A stretch of 60,569 nt of DNA from the NCBI GenBank assembly GCA_009926845.1, contig RFOF01000002.1, positions 1-60,569 of the forward strand, given 5' to 3'. The notes below the pieces were generated by a model. It was not told the origin of the DNA. It saw only the letters and a program-made list of their open reading frames with translations, and searched no databases. This DNA is from Alphaproteobacteria bacterium. Lineage in GTDB: Bacteria > Pseudomonadota > Alphaproteobacteria > Rickettsiales > SXRF01. Each line of letters begins with the position of its first letter. The first letter of the stretch is position 1. This document shows positions 37,009 through 45,511 of the stretch, piece after piece. The position numbers were made by a program, and so were the translations under genes.

Positions 37009-37998
37009 ATGCCGCATCGCTTACTTCATTTTTTACCGCCAGAAGCCGCACATCGCCTGACATTGTGGGGTTTAAAGCTAGGTTTGGGAGCAACGCAACC
37101 CGCTCATGGCACGCCTATTTCCCTGTTTGGAAAAACCCTGCGCGGTCGCATTGGCTTGGCTGGCGGAGCAGACAAAAACGCAGAAGCACTCGCAGGCTGG
37201 CAAAAAATAGGCTTCGCATTCGTCGAAATAGGGACCGTCACACTCAAGGCGCGCGAGGGCAACCCAAAACCTCGAATCTGGCGACAAGAAAAAACGCAAT
37301 CTCTCATCAACTGGATGGGGCTTCCTGGGCAAGGCGCAGATGCCGTTGCGCGCCATTTGGCTGCTTTCCGCGCTACTGAAATTGGAGAAGATTTTTGTGT
37401 GGGCGCGAGTATCGCCAGCCCCTCGGGCGTAGCCGATGAACTGTGCGAAATAGCCTCAAAACTCCACGAACATGTTGATTTTTTCACCCTCAACGCCAGT
37501 TGCCCCAACGTGACCGCACACGAAGGGAAAAGTGTGTTAGAAACCATTGTTCAACACCTGAAAGCCGCCATCGCCGGTGCAGGCGGGAAGCCCATTCTGG
37601 TCAAACTCGCACCCACTGTGGATGAAGATAATCTGCACGCCACCTGCCGCCTGTTGGCCACGTCGGGTGCGGCAGGTTTCATCGCCTGCAACACACTGCC
37701 AAACACATCCGCCAACATGGTCGATGCCACGGCACTCCCCAAGCCATGGCCACAGCATAATGGCGCGCCAGTGGGCGGCTATAGCGGCCCCGCGCTACTG
37801 TCCATCAGCCTTTTGATGGTGCGCACCATTCGTGAAGCCGTGGGCAATGACAAAGTGATAATTGGCGTTGGCGGCATCACCAGCCCACAAGACGCAAAAG
37901 AAATGCTGAAAAATGGCGCGGATCTAGTACAGCTCTACACCGCACTGACCTATCAGGGAACGCCGCTGCTAAAGCATATTAATGAAGAAATTGGATAG
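37009..37998 (+). CDS. pyrD: Dihydroorotate dehydrogenase (quinone-type)
   Basis: GLAGGADKNAEALAGWQKIGFAFVEIGTVT...NWMGLPGQG...LNASCPN...ILVKLAP...IIGVGGITSPQDAKEMLKNGADLVQLYTAL. Confidence 0.92.
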   Translation: MPHRLLHFLPPEAAHRLTLWGLKLGLGATQPAHGTPISLFGKTLRGRIGLAGGADKNAEALAGWQKIGFAFVEIGTVTLKAREGNPKPRIWRQEKTQSLINWMGLPGQGADAVARHLAAFRATEIGEDFCVGASIASPSGVADELCEIASKLHEHVDFFTLNASCPNVTAHEGKSVLETIVQHLKAAIAGAGGKPILVKLAPTVDEDNLHATCRLLATSGAAGFIACNTLPNTSANMVDATALPKPWPQHNGAPVGGYSGPALLSISLLMVRTIREAVGNDKVIIGVGGITSPQDAKEMLKNGADLVQLYTALTYQGTPLLKHINEEIG

Positions 37999-38082
37999 CT
38001 GCTTTGATCTTAAATATCCGCGCTCATGTAAGCGCAAGTTTTTCTTGCGCTTACCCGCACTCTCCCCTAGTTACAAGTGTGT

Positions 38083-38128
38083 GTGCCCGTAGCTCAGTTG
38101 GATAGAGCATCAGCCTTCTAAGCCTGAG
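38083..38128 (+). pseudogene. Orphan tRNA 5' half (acceptor + D arm + TCT-containing anticodon-loop-like segment), no matching 3' half
   Basis: cccgtagctcagttggatagagca (38086-38109, 24 nt) is identical to the corresponding part of the tRNA-Arg at 38310. It continues tcagccttctaagcc. No T arm or acceptor 3' strand follows. Confidence 0.5.
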
Positions 38129-38309
38129 TTCATTAGGTATAGGCTGACAGCGGGTGCAAACGCGGTGAAGCAGCGAAAGATGGCTCTCCGCTTCGATTCT
38201 AGCCAGTGGGAACGTAAAACTGGCGGGCTTGTGTAACCGGCCCTAAAACGGCTACAAAGGGGTGTGTTTGCATTGTGTTTGCAAGTTCGCCCAAAGAGCA
38301 CTTTTATGT

Positions 38310-38386
38310 GTACCCGTAGCTCAGTTGGATAGAGCACGAGATTTCTAATCTCGCGGTCGGGGGTTCGAATCCCTCCGGGTACGCCA
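38310..38386 (+). tRNA. tRNA-Arg (anticodon TCT), CCA encoded
   Basis: A manual cloverleaf fits: acceptor gtacccg/cgggtac, D arm gctc-agttggata-gagc, anticodon arm cgaga-ttTCTaa-tctcg, variable cggtc, T arm ggggg-ttcgaat-ccctc, discriminator g, CCA. Confidence 0.93.
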
Positions 38387-38429
38387 GCTTTTACATTAAA
38401 GCAATTTTATAGTGGCTAAGTTAATTAGA

Positions 38430-38615
38430 CTACACTTTGCGTATGAGCAAATCTTGCACATAGCGCTCTATGTCTTCGCGAGTTTCAGGCATAGCTAAAT
38501 CTTTTCCGACCATTTGCCGAGCCAGCGCCGATGAGCGAATGGGGATGTTCATAAATGCGTCTCTTTTTTGAGAAACACTGGGATCAATAATCGGTCTCGG
38601 ACGCGCCATGGCCAT
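38430..38615 (-). CDS. Hypothetical 61-aa protein
   Basis: Small ORF directly downstream of the 98-aa ORF on the same strand. No motif. Confidence 0.3.
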   Translation of the reverse strand: MAMARPRPIIDPSVSQKRDAFMNIPIRSSALARQMVGKDLAMPETREDIERYVQDLLIRKV

Positions 38616-38621
38616 CTCCTT

Positions 38622-38918
38622 TTAAATCTCTTCAAGCATTTCGTCTGCCACTACATCTGGGTTTGAGGGCTCCAGAAGGTTTTTTATCAAGCTCATCAGC
38701 ATTTCCGAGCTTTCGTGCAATCGGGCGATGCATTCTTGCTTCTTTTCCTGGCTACAATCCACGTTGGCCAAAATGTAGGAAAATCCCAGAACAGCCGAGA
38801 GTGGCTTGCTGATCTCGCGGTGCATTTCCTCTAAATATTCCGCATCATCAAACCGTGAGCGCGGCGCCACAGAGCACGAGGAAGAGCTCAAGCAGCTGTT
38901 CTGGTTGACTAAATTCAT
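38622..38918 (-). CDS. Hypothetical 98-aa protein with a histidine-kinase H-box-like segment (stand-alone DHp-like?)
   Basis: YLEEMHREISKPLSAVLGFSYILANV resembles the HisKA H-box (SHELRTPL..I.GF) with one extra residue. A strong SD (AGGAGGGAT) lies 4 nt (aaat) upstream of the ATG. Confidence 0.4.
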   Translation of the reverse strand: MNLVNQNSCLSSSSCSVAPRSRFDDAEYLEEMHREISKPLSAVLGFSYILANVDCSQEKKQECIARLHESSEMLMSLIKNLLEPSNPDVVADEMLEEI

Positions 38919-39138
38919 TTATCCCTCCTGGTATACTTGCGCCATTTCTTCGTTTAACCTATTGGCTATCGGATGGAAGTATTGACAGCGACGGTTTCAG
39001 ATGCGGCAATGATACCCAGGGCATTTGCGCCGATTGATAACCCAAAAAGGCTTCACGCGTAAGTAAGTGGCGGCGGATGGAAAGAACACGTCTCTGGATT
39101 CATTACGCCACTAAAAGCTGCTGATTCGTAAAGGGGAT

Positions 39139-39212
39139 GGCTGATGATAAAGCCACCACATCCTGATAATTATCAGTTCGCAACGTGTCCACTAAGGCAC
39201 GCCAGCAATTTT
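39139..39212 (+). repeat. Copy 1 of a ~70-nt dispersed intergenic repeat
   Basis: ggctgatgataaagccaccacatcctgataattatcagttcgcaacgtgtccactaaggcacgccagcaatttt. Copies 2 and 3 are at 42551 and 48057, on the same strand. Confidence 0.8.
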
Positions 39213-40089
39213 AGATCAATGGGTTAGGCTGTTTTTGGGGAATGCTCTCCAAACTCTGCACGATATGCTCAGCAAGCATCTCGGATGCCTTGGATAAATC
39301 ATCACGCTTCATCAGCGCGATTTCTGCATCTGCCAGTTCCGGTAATTTGATTTCTTTGCGAATCGGGTGGATGCCACTGGGTAGCATGTTGGCTGCTAGC
39401 ACGGTGATGCCGAGCCCAGCTTTAACGGCAGCAATCGTACCAGCAAGGCTAGGGCTGGTGTAAGATATACGCCATGGTTTTTTGGCTTTATCAAGTGCAG
39501 CCAGTGCCCGCGCACGGTAAATACAAGGTTGCGGCGATAGCACCAACGAAAGCGGTTCTTCTGGCTTGTGGTGATCGGAAGCTGCCCATACCAACGGTTC
39601 ACGCCAGACTTTCGTGCCACCTTTTGCTGCTTTCGGGTCGCGCTTCACCAATATCACATCATAATCACCGCGTCGGAAACCATCAATTAAGTTCAGCGTC
39701 AGATCGCACGACACATTGAGCTGCACACGCGGGTGGTGCTGGCGGAAGGTGGAAAGCACATCGGGTAAATAATGCGTGGCAAAATCCTCCGGCGTGCCAA
39801 GGCGAATCTCACCTTGCACATCGGGTTCACGTAAGCGGCTATAGACTTCCCATTGCAGCTGAATGATGCGCTTTGCGTAGCCAAGAAAAATCTCACCCTG
39901 ATCGGTGAGCTTCACGCGGCGAGCCGTGCGGTCAAATAACTGACAGCCCAGCCCATCTTCCAGCTTCTTTATTTGCAAGCTGAGGGCGGATTGTGTGCGC
40001 CCAACTACTTCCGCCGCACCGCTAAACGTGCCAGTTTCGGCGATGCAGATAAAGCTCTTGAGTGTGAGTGTATCAATGTGAAAGGGCAT
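39211..40089 (-). CDS. LysR-family transcriptional regulator
   Basis: LKSFICIAETGTFSGAAEVVGRTQSALSLQIKKLEDGLGCQLFDR (HTH) plus a LysR substrate-binding domain. Confidence 0.92.
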   Translation of the reverse strand: MPFHIDTLTLKSFICIAETGTFSGAAEVVGRTQSALSLQIKKLEDGLGCQLFDRTARRVKLTDQGEIFLGYAKRIIQLQWEVYSRLREPDVQGEIRLGTPEDFATHYLPDVLSTFRQHHPRVQLNVSCDLTLNLIDGFRRGDYDVILVKRDPKAAKGGTKVWREPLVWAASDHHKPEEPLSLVLSPQPCIYRARALAALDKAKKPWRISYTSPSLAGTIAAVKAGLGITVLAANMLPSGIHPIRKEIKLPELADAEIALMKRDDLSKASEMLAEHIVQSLESIPQKQPNPLI

Positions 40090-40097
40090 GGGCTTAC

Positions 40098-40116
40098 TTA
40101 TGAGTTATTCTCATAA
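40098..40116. promoter_or_regulatory. Candidate LysR box (perfect 7-bp inverted repeat, T-N11-A) in the divergent lysR / permease promoter region
   Basis: TTATGAG-TTATT-CTCATAA begins 9 nt from the lysR start codon. Confidence 0.5.
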
Positions 40117-40196
40117 TATATATTAAAACTATCAATTTTCAATATATATAATTTCATCGTAGTCTTAACCTGCAAACAACAAAAATAAGGAGATTT

Positions 40197-41186
40197 ATGG
40201 AATTCCTGCACCTCATATCACAAAACATCCTCTCACCAGCCATTCTTTTCTTTGCGCTGGGCATCGCGGCGGGCTTCGTAAAATCTGACCTTGAAGTGCC
40301 GGACAGCATCAGCCGCTATCTCTCACTTTACCTCATGATGGCGATTGGTTTCAAAGGTGGTGTCGCCATTGCCAACACACACGACATAAATGGCGAAGTG
40401 ATTGCAGCTATCGGCGCTGGACTTGCTATCGGATTTTTACAACCCTTTATTGCCTACGGTTTGTTGCGACTTACATCAAAACTTGATAGCCCCACCGCTG
40501 CTGCAGTCGCCGCGCATTATGGCTCCATCAGTATGGTGACATTTGTCACTGCTGCGACATTCCTCAAAGCCCATGAGGTCGTATATGCAGGTTACATCGT
40601 CGCCATTCTCGCGCTGATGGAAGCACCAGCGATTTTGTCCGGCCTATTTATCGCCCATCGTTCCGCCCCGCAAATCAAGCACGCTAACGAAGAAAAGAAG
40701 CTGATGAGCCGTGAGATATTCACCAACGGTGCAATCTTACTTCTTACTGGCGCATTCTTTATCGGCTGGATAACTGGACAGCCTGGCATGGACAAAGTGG
40801 CAGGGTTTTTAGATGCTCCATTCCAAGGCATCCTCTGCTTGTTCCTGCTCGACATGGGCTTGCTGGTGGCTAGGAATCTTCACCACCTCAAGAGCTTCAC
40901 ATGGCCGCTAGCACTGTTTGGCATCTATATGCCGCTGATTGGCGCAGGCATCGGCTTATTCACCAGCCGCATGATTGGGCTGGATGTGGGGACTGGCACG
41001 CTGTTCACAGTGCTTTGCGCTAGCGCCTCTTACATTGCCGTACCCGCTGCCATGCGCCTTGCGCTGCCGGAAGCGAAGGCCGCGATTTATGTGCCGATGA
41101 GCCTAGCCATTACCTTCCCATTCAACGTGACGCTCGGCATACCGCTCTACTTCGCGCTGGCTTCAAAATTACTGATTAACAACTAA
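40197..41186 (+). CDS. SbtA-like (sodium-dependent bicarbonate transporter family, DUF897-type) permease
   Basis: MEFLHLISQNILSPAILFFALGIAAGFVKSDLEVPDSISRYLSLYLMMAIGFKGG... with about 10 TM. Family assignment is from memory of the N-terminal signature. Confidence 0.75.
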   Translation: MEFLHLISQNILSPAILFFALGIAAGFVKSDLEVPDSISRYLSLYLMMAIGFKGGVAIANTHDINGEVIAAIGAGLAIGFLQPFIAYGLLRLTSKLDSPTAAAVAAHYGSISMVTFVTAATFLKAHEVVYAGYIVAILALMEAPAILSGLFIAHRSAPQIKHANEEKKLMSREIFTNGAILLLTGAFFIGWITGQPGMDKVAGFLDAPFQGILCLFLLDMGLLVARNLHHLKSFTWPLALFGIYMPLIGAGIGLFTSRMIGLDVGTGTLFTVLCASASYIAVPAAMRLALPEAKAAIYVPMSLAITFPFNVTLGIPLYFALASKLLINN

Positions 41187-41201
41187 ACAAAAGGAGAACC
41201 C

Positions 41202-41648
41202 ATGAAGAAATTACTAGCTACTGCTGCATTCATTGCCTTGGCCTCGACTTCCGCCTTTGCAGGTGAGAAAGAAGAAGTGAATGCTGCATTCACCAACTGG
41301 CGCAAAGCACTCTCCAGCAGCAAAGCAGAAAATGTCGTAAAACTGTATGATAAAGACGCGATCTTGTTGGCTACGCTTGCCGCAAAACCGCTCACCACGC
41401 AGGAACAACGCACCGAGTATTTCTCCAAACTCACCGCCAAGCCAAAGCTCACCGCAACCGTGGATGAGGAACACATCAAACTGCTCGATGAAGATAATGC
41501 GGTGGTCAGCGGCCTATACACCTTCCGCTTCGAAGAAGCAGGGAAAACGGTAGAAATCCCCGCCCGCTATTCCTTTGTCTATGAAAAAGAAAACGGCCAA
41601 TGGATGATCGTGGAGCATCATTCATCCAAAGTGCCGCAGCTGCAATAG
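41202..41648 (+). CDS. Secreted NTF2-like protein (DUF4440 / CaMKII-association-domain-like)
   Basis: Signal peptide MKKLLATAAFIALASTSAFA. ...FTNWRKALSSSKAENVVKLYDKDAILLATL...ARYSFVYEKENGQWMIVEHHSS. Confidence 0.7.
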   Translation: MKKLLATAAFIALASTSAFAGEKEEVNAAFTNWRKALSSSKAENVVKLYDKDAILLATLAAKPLTTQEQRTEYFSKLTAKPKLTATVDEEHIKLLDEDNAVVSGLYTFRFEEAGKTVEIPARYSFVYEKENGQWMIVEHHSSKVPQLQ

Positions 41649-41655
41649 GGTTGCT

Positions 41656-42513
41656 ATGAGCCAAGCGTATCAAGGTGCATGCATCATCATCCCCACCAAG
41701 CACGCTAAATCCATAGCGATTGCACCGCCATTTTGGAATCATCTGGGTGCAAGCGTGCTGGAATACTATGTCGATACCGATACGCTTGGCACATTTTCCG
41801 GCGAGGTGGAACGCAAAGGAAATGCACTCGAATGTGCGCGGTGCAAATGTGAGTGGGCACTGGATCTGCTTGGCGACAAGGTGGAGTATTGCATTGCCAG
41901 CGAGGGCAGCTTTGGGCCACATCCGCATTTTCCGTTTCTACCCTGCGATCAGGAAATTTTATATTTCATTGACCGTAAGCGTGGCTTTCATCTGCACGTG
42001 GCGCATGTGACGGAAAAAACAAACTATCAAATGAGTGGGTTGGAATCATGGGAGCAACTACAGCAATTTGCTGAATCGGCACAGTTTCCCTCCCATGCCC
42101 TCATCGTTCGTCCAAACAGCCGGGAAGATAGCGGCGTTTTATTCAAAGGGATTAATACGACCACTGCACTTGAAGAAGCGTTTAAAGAATCACGCAAAGT
42201 CTCCACCGATGGCAAGGTGTGGGTAGAAACCGACATGCGGGCACAATTCAACCCATCGCGCATGGCAGTAATAGGCGAACTTGCCAATAAGTTGGCACAG
42301 CGCCTTGCCGCACCATGCCCTAAATGCATCGCTCCCGGTTGGGGGTGTATGAAAGTTGAGAAGGGTTTACACTGCGAATATTGCGACCAAGCTACCGAAA
42401 TGATCGCCCATGAGATCTATGGCTGTGTGTCGTGCGATCATACTGAAACCACACCACGAGCCGATGGACTGAAAGCGGCACCGCAAATGCATTGCGGTTG
42501 CTGTAATCCTTAG
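41656..42513 (+). CDS. Hypothetical 285-aa protein with four C-terminal CxxC pairs (zinc-ribbon-like)
   Basis: CPKC...CEYC...CVSC...CGCC in the last about 70 residues. It starts 8 nt after the preceding gene. Confidence 0.6.
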   Translation: MSQAYQGACIIIPTKHAKSIAIAPPFWNHLGASVLEYYVDTDTLGTFSGEVERKGNALECARCKCEWALDLLGDKVEYCIASEGSFGPHPHFPFLPCDQEILYFIDRKRGFHLHVAHVTEKTNYQMSGLESWEQLQQFAESAQFPSHALIVRPNSREDSGVLFKGINTTTALEEAFKESRKVSTDGKVWVETDMRAQFNPSRMAVIGELANKLAQRLAAPCPKCIAPGWGCMKVEKGLHCEYCDQATEMIAHEIYGCVSCDHTETTPRADGLKAAPQMHCGCCNP

Positions 42514-42550
42514 CAAGCAACTAAAAATTGTAGTTTTAAAGCCTGTACAA

Positions 42551-42610
42551 CGGATGACAAAGCTACCACATCCTGATAATAGTCAGTTCGCAACGTGTCC
42601 ACTAGCCTAA
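42551..42610 (+). repeat. Copy 2 of the ~70-nt dispersed repeat
   Basis: cggatgacaaagctaccacatcctgataatagtcagttcgcaacgtgtccactagcctaa. Confidence 0.8.
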
Positions 42611-42663
42611 GCGCTGAATAATCAACAATTGCAATGAAGCAGACAATCAAACCCCAAGGTATA

Positions 42664-43548
42664 TTAATGCACATTGCCAGTTGGCTTTGCCTTGTTTTCT
42701 TCAATAAATTTCCTGATGTCTTCGCGCAATGTGGATTTGCCTCGGAAGCGGCAAGCCAGCGATAGCATGATGTTGATGTGATCAATATTGGTGTAGATAT
42801 GGCTTTCTACTGGGCTACCCAGCTGTTTAAGGCGCTGATCTAAAATGATGCTGTTGCGCGGCAAAACTTCTTCGTCAGAATCGCCGGTGGCCAGAAATAT
42901 GGGTGCATATTTCTTATTCACAAAAGTGATAGGCTGCGTGTCTTTTTCTTGTGCAGCTGTGCTAAATAATTTGATGAGCGTAGGATCGGTGAGCGGCAAA
43001 AAATCATACGGCCCGGCAATGCCGATGGTTCCACGAACCCATGAAGGCTTGATGTTTACACGGTTAAAATAATCATGGTTTACCGCAAGCATGACGGCGT
43101 TATAGGCTCCCGCGGAATGCCCTGCCAAAAACAAGTTGTTTTCGTCACCGTTATAGTTGGCGATATTTTTATGCACCCAGCCAAAAGCCTGTGCGCTGTC
43201 ATCAATAAATGTAGGGAATGAGACCTGCGGATAGAGGCGGTAATCAGCGATTACGGTGACATATCCAAGTGTTGCAAATGATTCACCCAAAAAAAGATAG
43301 TCGTCTTTACTGCCCTGCTGCCAACTGCCGCCATAATAAAAAACAATGACGGGCGAAGGGTTTGCAGGCGTAGCTGCATCGGGAATATAGATATCGAGTT
43401 TCTGGCGAGCATCATTGCCATACGCTATATCTTTATGAATGCGGTAACCATCACTCGGAATACTGGCATTGAGCAAAGAAACCGCCGAACAGCCCGTAAG
43501 CAGCGCTGCACAGGCAATCAGCCAATAGGCTGGCTTCAGTTTCTTCAT
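42664..43548 (-). CDS. Alpha/beta-hydrolase lipoprotein (esterase/lipase type)
   Basis: Lipobox LLTGC. GHSAGA nucleophile elbow. ...VIVFYYGGSWQQGSK... Confidence 0.85.
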   Translation of the reverse strand: MKKLKPAYWLIACAALLTGCSAVSLLNASIPSDGYRIHKDIAYGNDARQKLDIYIPDAATPANPSPVIVFYYGGSWQQGSKDDYLFLGESFATLGYVTVIADYRLYPQVSFPTFIDDSAQAFGWVHKNIANYNGDENNLFLAGHSAGAYNAVMLAVNHDYFNRVNIKPSWVRGTIGIAGPYDFLPLTDPTLIKLFSTAAQEKDTQPITFVNKKYAPIFLATGDSDEEVLPRNSIILDQRLKQLGSPVESHIYTNIDHINIMLSLACRFRGKSTLREDIRKFIEENKAKPTGNVH

Positions 43549-44189
43549 AGAATACTCTTGGTTTTAAGCGGCGCGCCGCTAGCATAGAGCTTTTCAAACA
43601 TGATGACTGTTTCTCGCACATGGGCATCTTTATTTTTTTGCGATGGAGCCGGTTTAACGCCGAGTATCATGCGCACATAATACTGGCCTTTGAGCATAGC
43701 CAAAAAATAAGATGCGGCACTTTGGGTGTTTGGAATGTTGGTAAGTTTTTTGGCGTTACACTCATCTAGGAACTGAGTCGTCGCCTGCACCAGGCGCTGC
43801 GTACCGCTTTCATAGTAGAGTTTAGCAATCTGCGGATAACGACCAGATTCTGATATAACCAGCCGCGTGGCCGCCAGCACTTCCGGCTGGGTGATGAGCG
43901 ATAAGAGCGCATTACCATGCGCGTAAAGCAGGTTGACGAAGGTCTCTTTCCCATTGCAAGTCGGCATCTTATAAGTTGATGGGCGCTCGCACAAATACAC
44001 GATCATTTGCGTGAATAATTTGTCCTTACTAGGAAAATAGGCATAGAGTGTCTGCTTGGTAAAGCCTGACGCTTCCGCGATGGCGTCCATTGTTGTACTG
44101 GCGTATCCCCTGCTGAGAAACAGGCGAATAGCGGCAATCAATATGGCCTCATCTTTAGGTGGACGTTTTATCTGCTTGCTTTTCATCAT
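43545..44189 (-). CDS. TetR-family transcriptional regulator
   Basis: AAIRLFLSRGYASTTMDAIAEASGFTKQTLYAYFPSKDKLF (TetR HTH). It overlaps the hydrolase gene by 4 nt. Confidence 0.9.
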   Translation of the reverse strand: MMKSKQIKRPPKDEAILIAAIRLFLSRGYASTTMDAIAEASGFTKQTLYAYFPSKDKLFTQMIVYLCERPSTYKMPTCNGKETFVNLLYAHGNALLSLITQPEVLAATRLVISESGRYPQIAKLYYESGTQRLVQATTQFLDECNAKKLTNIPNTQSAASYFLAMLKGQYYVRMILGVKPAPSQKNKDAHVRETVIMFEKLYASGAPLKTKSIL

Positions 44190-44211
44190 ACCCTCCAGTA
44201 TGGTTTTTTAG

Positions 44212-44221
44212 ACTAATTAGT
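44212..44221. promoter_or_regulatory. 10-bp perfect palindrome ACTAATTAGT in the divergent tetR / oxidoreductase spacer (candidate operator)
   Basis: Seen directly. Its position between divergent genes is typical of TetR operators. Confidence 0.3.
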
Positions 44222-44266
44222 ATGATACCAATTATTTCAACAATGTCCACACTCTAAGAAGTACAT

Positions 44267-45511
44267 ATGCAACGCATCGCAGTCATAGGCTCAGGCATCT
44301 CCGGCATGGCATCCGCCTATTTGCTGGCGCCGCATTATGACGTAACGCTTTACGAAAAAAATGATGTATTGGGCGGCCATACACGCACCAAAACCATAAA
44401 TTACGACGGCAAAACCATCGCCGTTGACACCGGATTTATCGTGTTCAACCACGTCAACTACCCCGAACTCAAAGGCATGTTTGAACATTTAGGAGTGACA
44501 ACACAAAAAAGCGATATGACTTTTGGTTTCACCATGGACAATGGCGGATTCGAATGGGGAGCAGCTAGCATAAATGCCGTCTTTGGCCAACGTGGCAATT
44601 TATTAAACCCCTCCTTCTACCGCATGATTAGCGATGTGCTGCGCTTTTTCAAACATACCCCTAAATGGCTTGAACAAAAGGAAGAAGGCACACTGGGCGA
44701 ACTACTCGAGTCGCTGGGCACGGGCGCTGATTTTAATGAACGGTTCATACTGCCTATGGGCGCGGCAATATGGAGCTGCCCAGCTGATACAATGCTCGCA
44801 TTCCCGGCGCGCAGCTTTGTGCAGTTCTTTAAAAATCATGGGCTACTATCACTTAACGGCCAGCACCAATGGCACACGGTTACTGATGGTTCACAGCGCT
44901 ATGTCGAAAAAATCATAGTGCCGCTTAAAGACCGCATCCGCCTCGCCTCACCTGTTGAGCGTGTATGGCGTAAGCATGACAAAGTGATAGTAAAAAGCGG
45001 TGATGATGTTGCAAGCTATGACCATGTCATTTTTGCATCACATGCCGATGAGACACTCGCAATGCTGGGTGACGCAACAGCGGATGAAAAACGCATACTC
45101 GGCGCCTTTGAATATCAGCCCAACATTGCCTACTTACACCGCGACGAATCCGTTATGCCCAAGCGCAAACGCTGCTGGTCGAGCTGGAGCTACAGCGCCA
45201 ATGGCGCAAAAGACGTGTCGATCACCTATTGGATGAATAAATTGCAATCCATTGATAATCACTATCCGTTATTCGTGACGCTGAATCCCGACCGCCCTAT
45301 CGCGCCCGAAAAAACATTCGATGTGCACCAATTTTCTCATCCCATCTTCACCCGCGAAGCTATCGATGCGCAAAAACACATTCCGTCTATTCAAGGCAAG
45401 CGTAATATCTGGTTCTGCGGCGCTTACCAGCGCTATGGCTTTCATGAGGATGGCCTAATGAGCGCAGTGGCTGTTGCCAAATTATTAGGGGCAAACATCC
45501 CATGGCATTAG
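44267..45511 (+). CDS. FAD-dependent oxidoreductase (amine-oxidase/desaturase-like)
   Basis: MQRIAVIGSGISGMASAYLL (GxGxxG), ...YEKNDVLGGHTRT... Confidence 0.88.
   Translation: MQRIAVIGSGISGMASAYLLAPHYDVTLYEKNDVLGGHTRTKTINYDGKTIAVDTGFIVFNHVNYPELKGMFEHLGVTTQKSDMTFGFTMDNGGFEWGAASINAVFGQRGNLLNPSFYRMISDVLRFFKHTPKWLEQKEEGTLGELLESLGTGADFNERFILPMGAAIWSCPADTMLAFPARSFVQFFKNHGLLSLNGQHQWHTVTDGSQRYVEKIIVPLKDRIRLASPVERVWRKHDKVIVKSGDDVASYDHVIFASHADETLAMLGDATADEKRILGAFEYQPNIAYLHRDESVMPKRKRCWSSWSYSANGAKDVSITYWMNKLQSIDNHYPLFVTLNPDRPIAPEKTFDVHQFSHPIFTREAIDAQKHIPSIQGKRNIWFCGAYQRYGFHEDGLMSAVAVAKLLGANIPWH

Noticed and set aside
38110-38337. 75-aa minus-strand ORF beginning MLYPTELR
   Set aside because: It is the typical spurious translation of the antisense strand of a tRNA gene. 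It spans the tRNA-Arg 5' part and the non-coding spacer.
38083-38386. Group I intron-containing tRNA-Arg (as known for some alphaproteobacterial tRNA genes)
   Set aside because: The downstream tRNA is a complete cloverleaf on its own. The upstream fragment's anticodon-stem strand (tcagc) has no compatible 3' exon, and I could not recognise the conserved group I core elements by eye. The possibility is kept only as a check in the corresponding finding.
38922-38945. Possible att-like repeat of the tRNA-Arg 3' end (atccctcctggta..cgcca vs atccctccgggtacgcca), which would delimit a ~550-bp integrated element
   Set aside because: The match is short and gapped. Its core (atccctcct) is simply the reverse complement of the Shine-Dalgarno AGGAGGGAT of the 98-aa ORF. 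No integrase is present.
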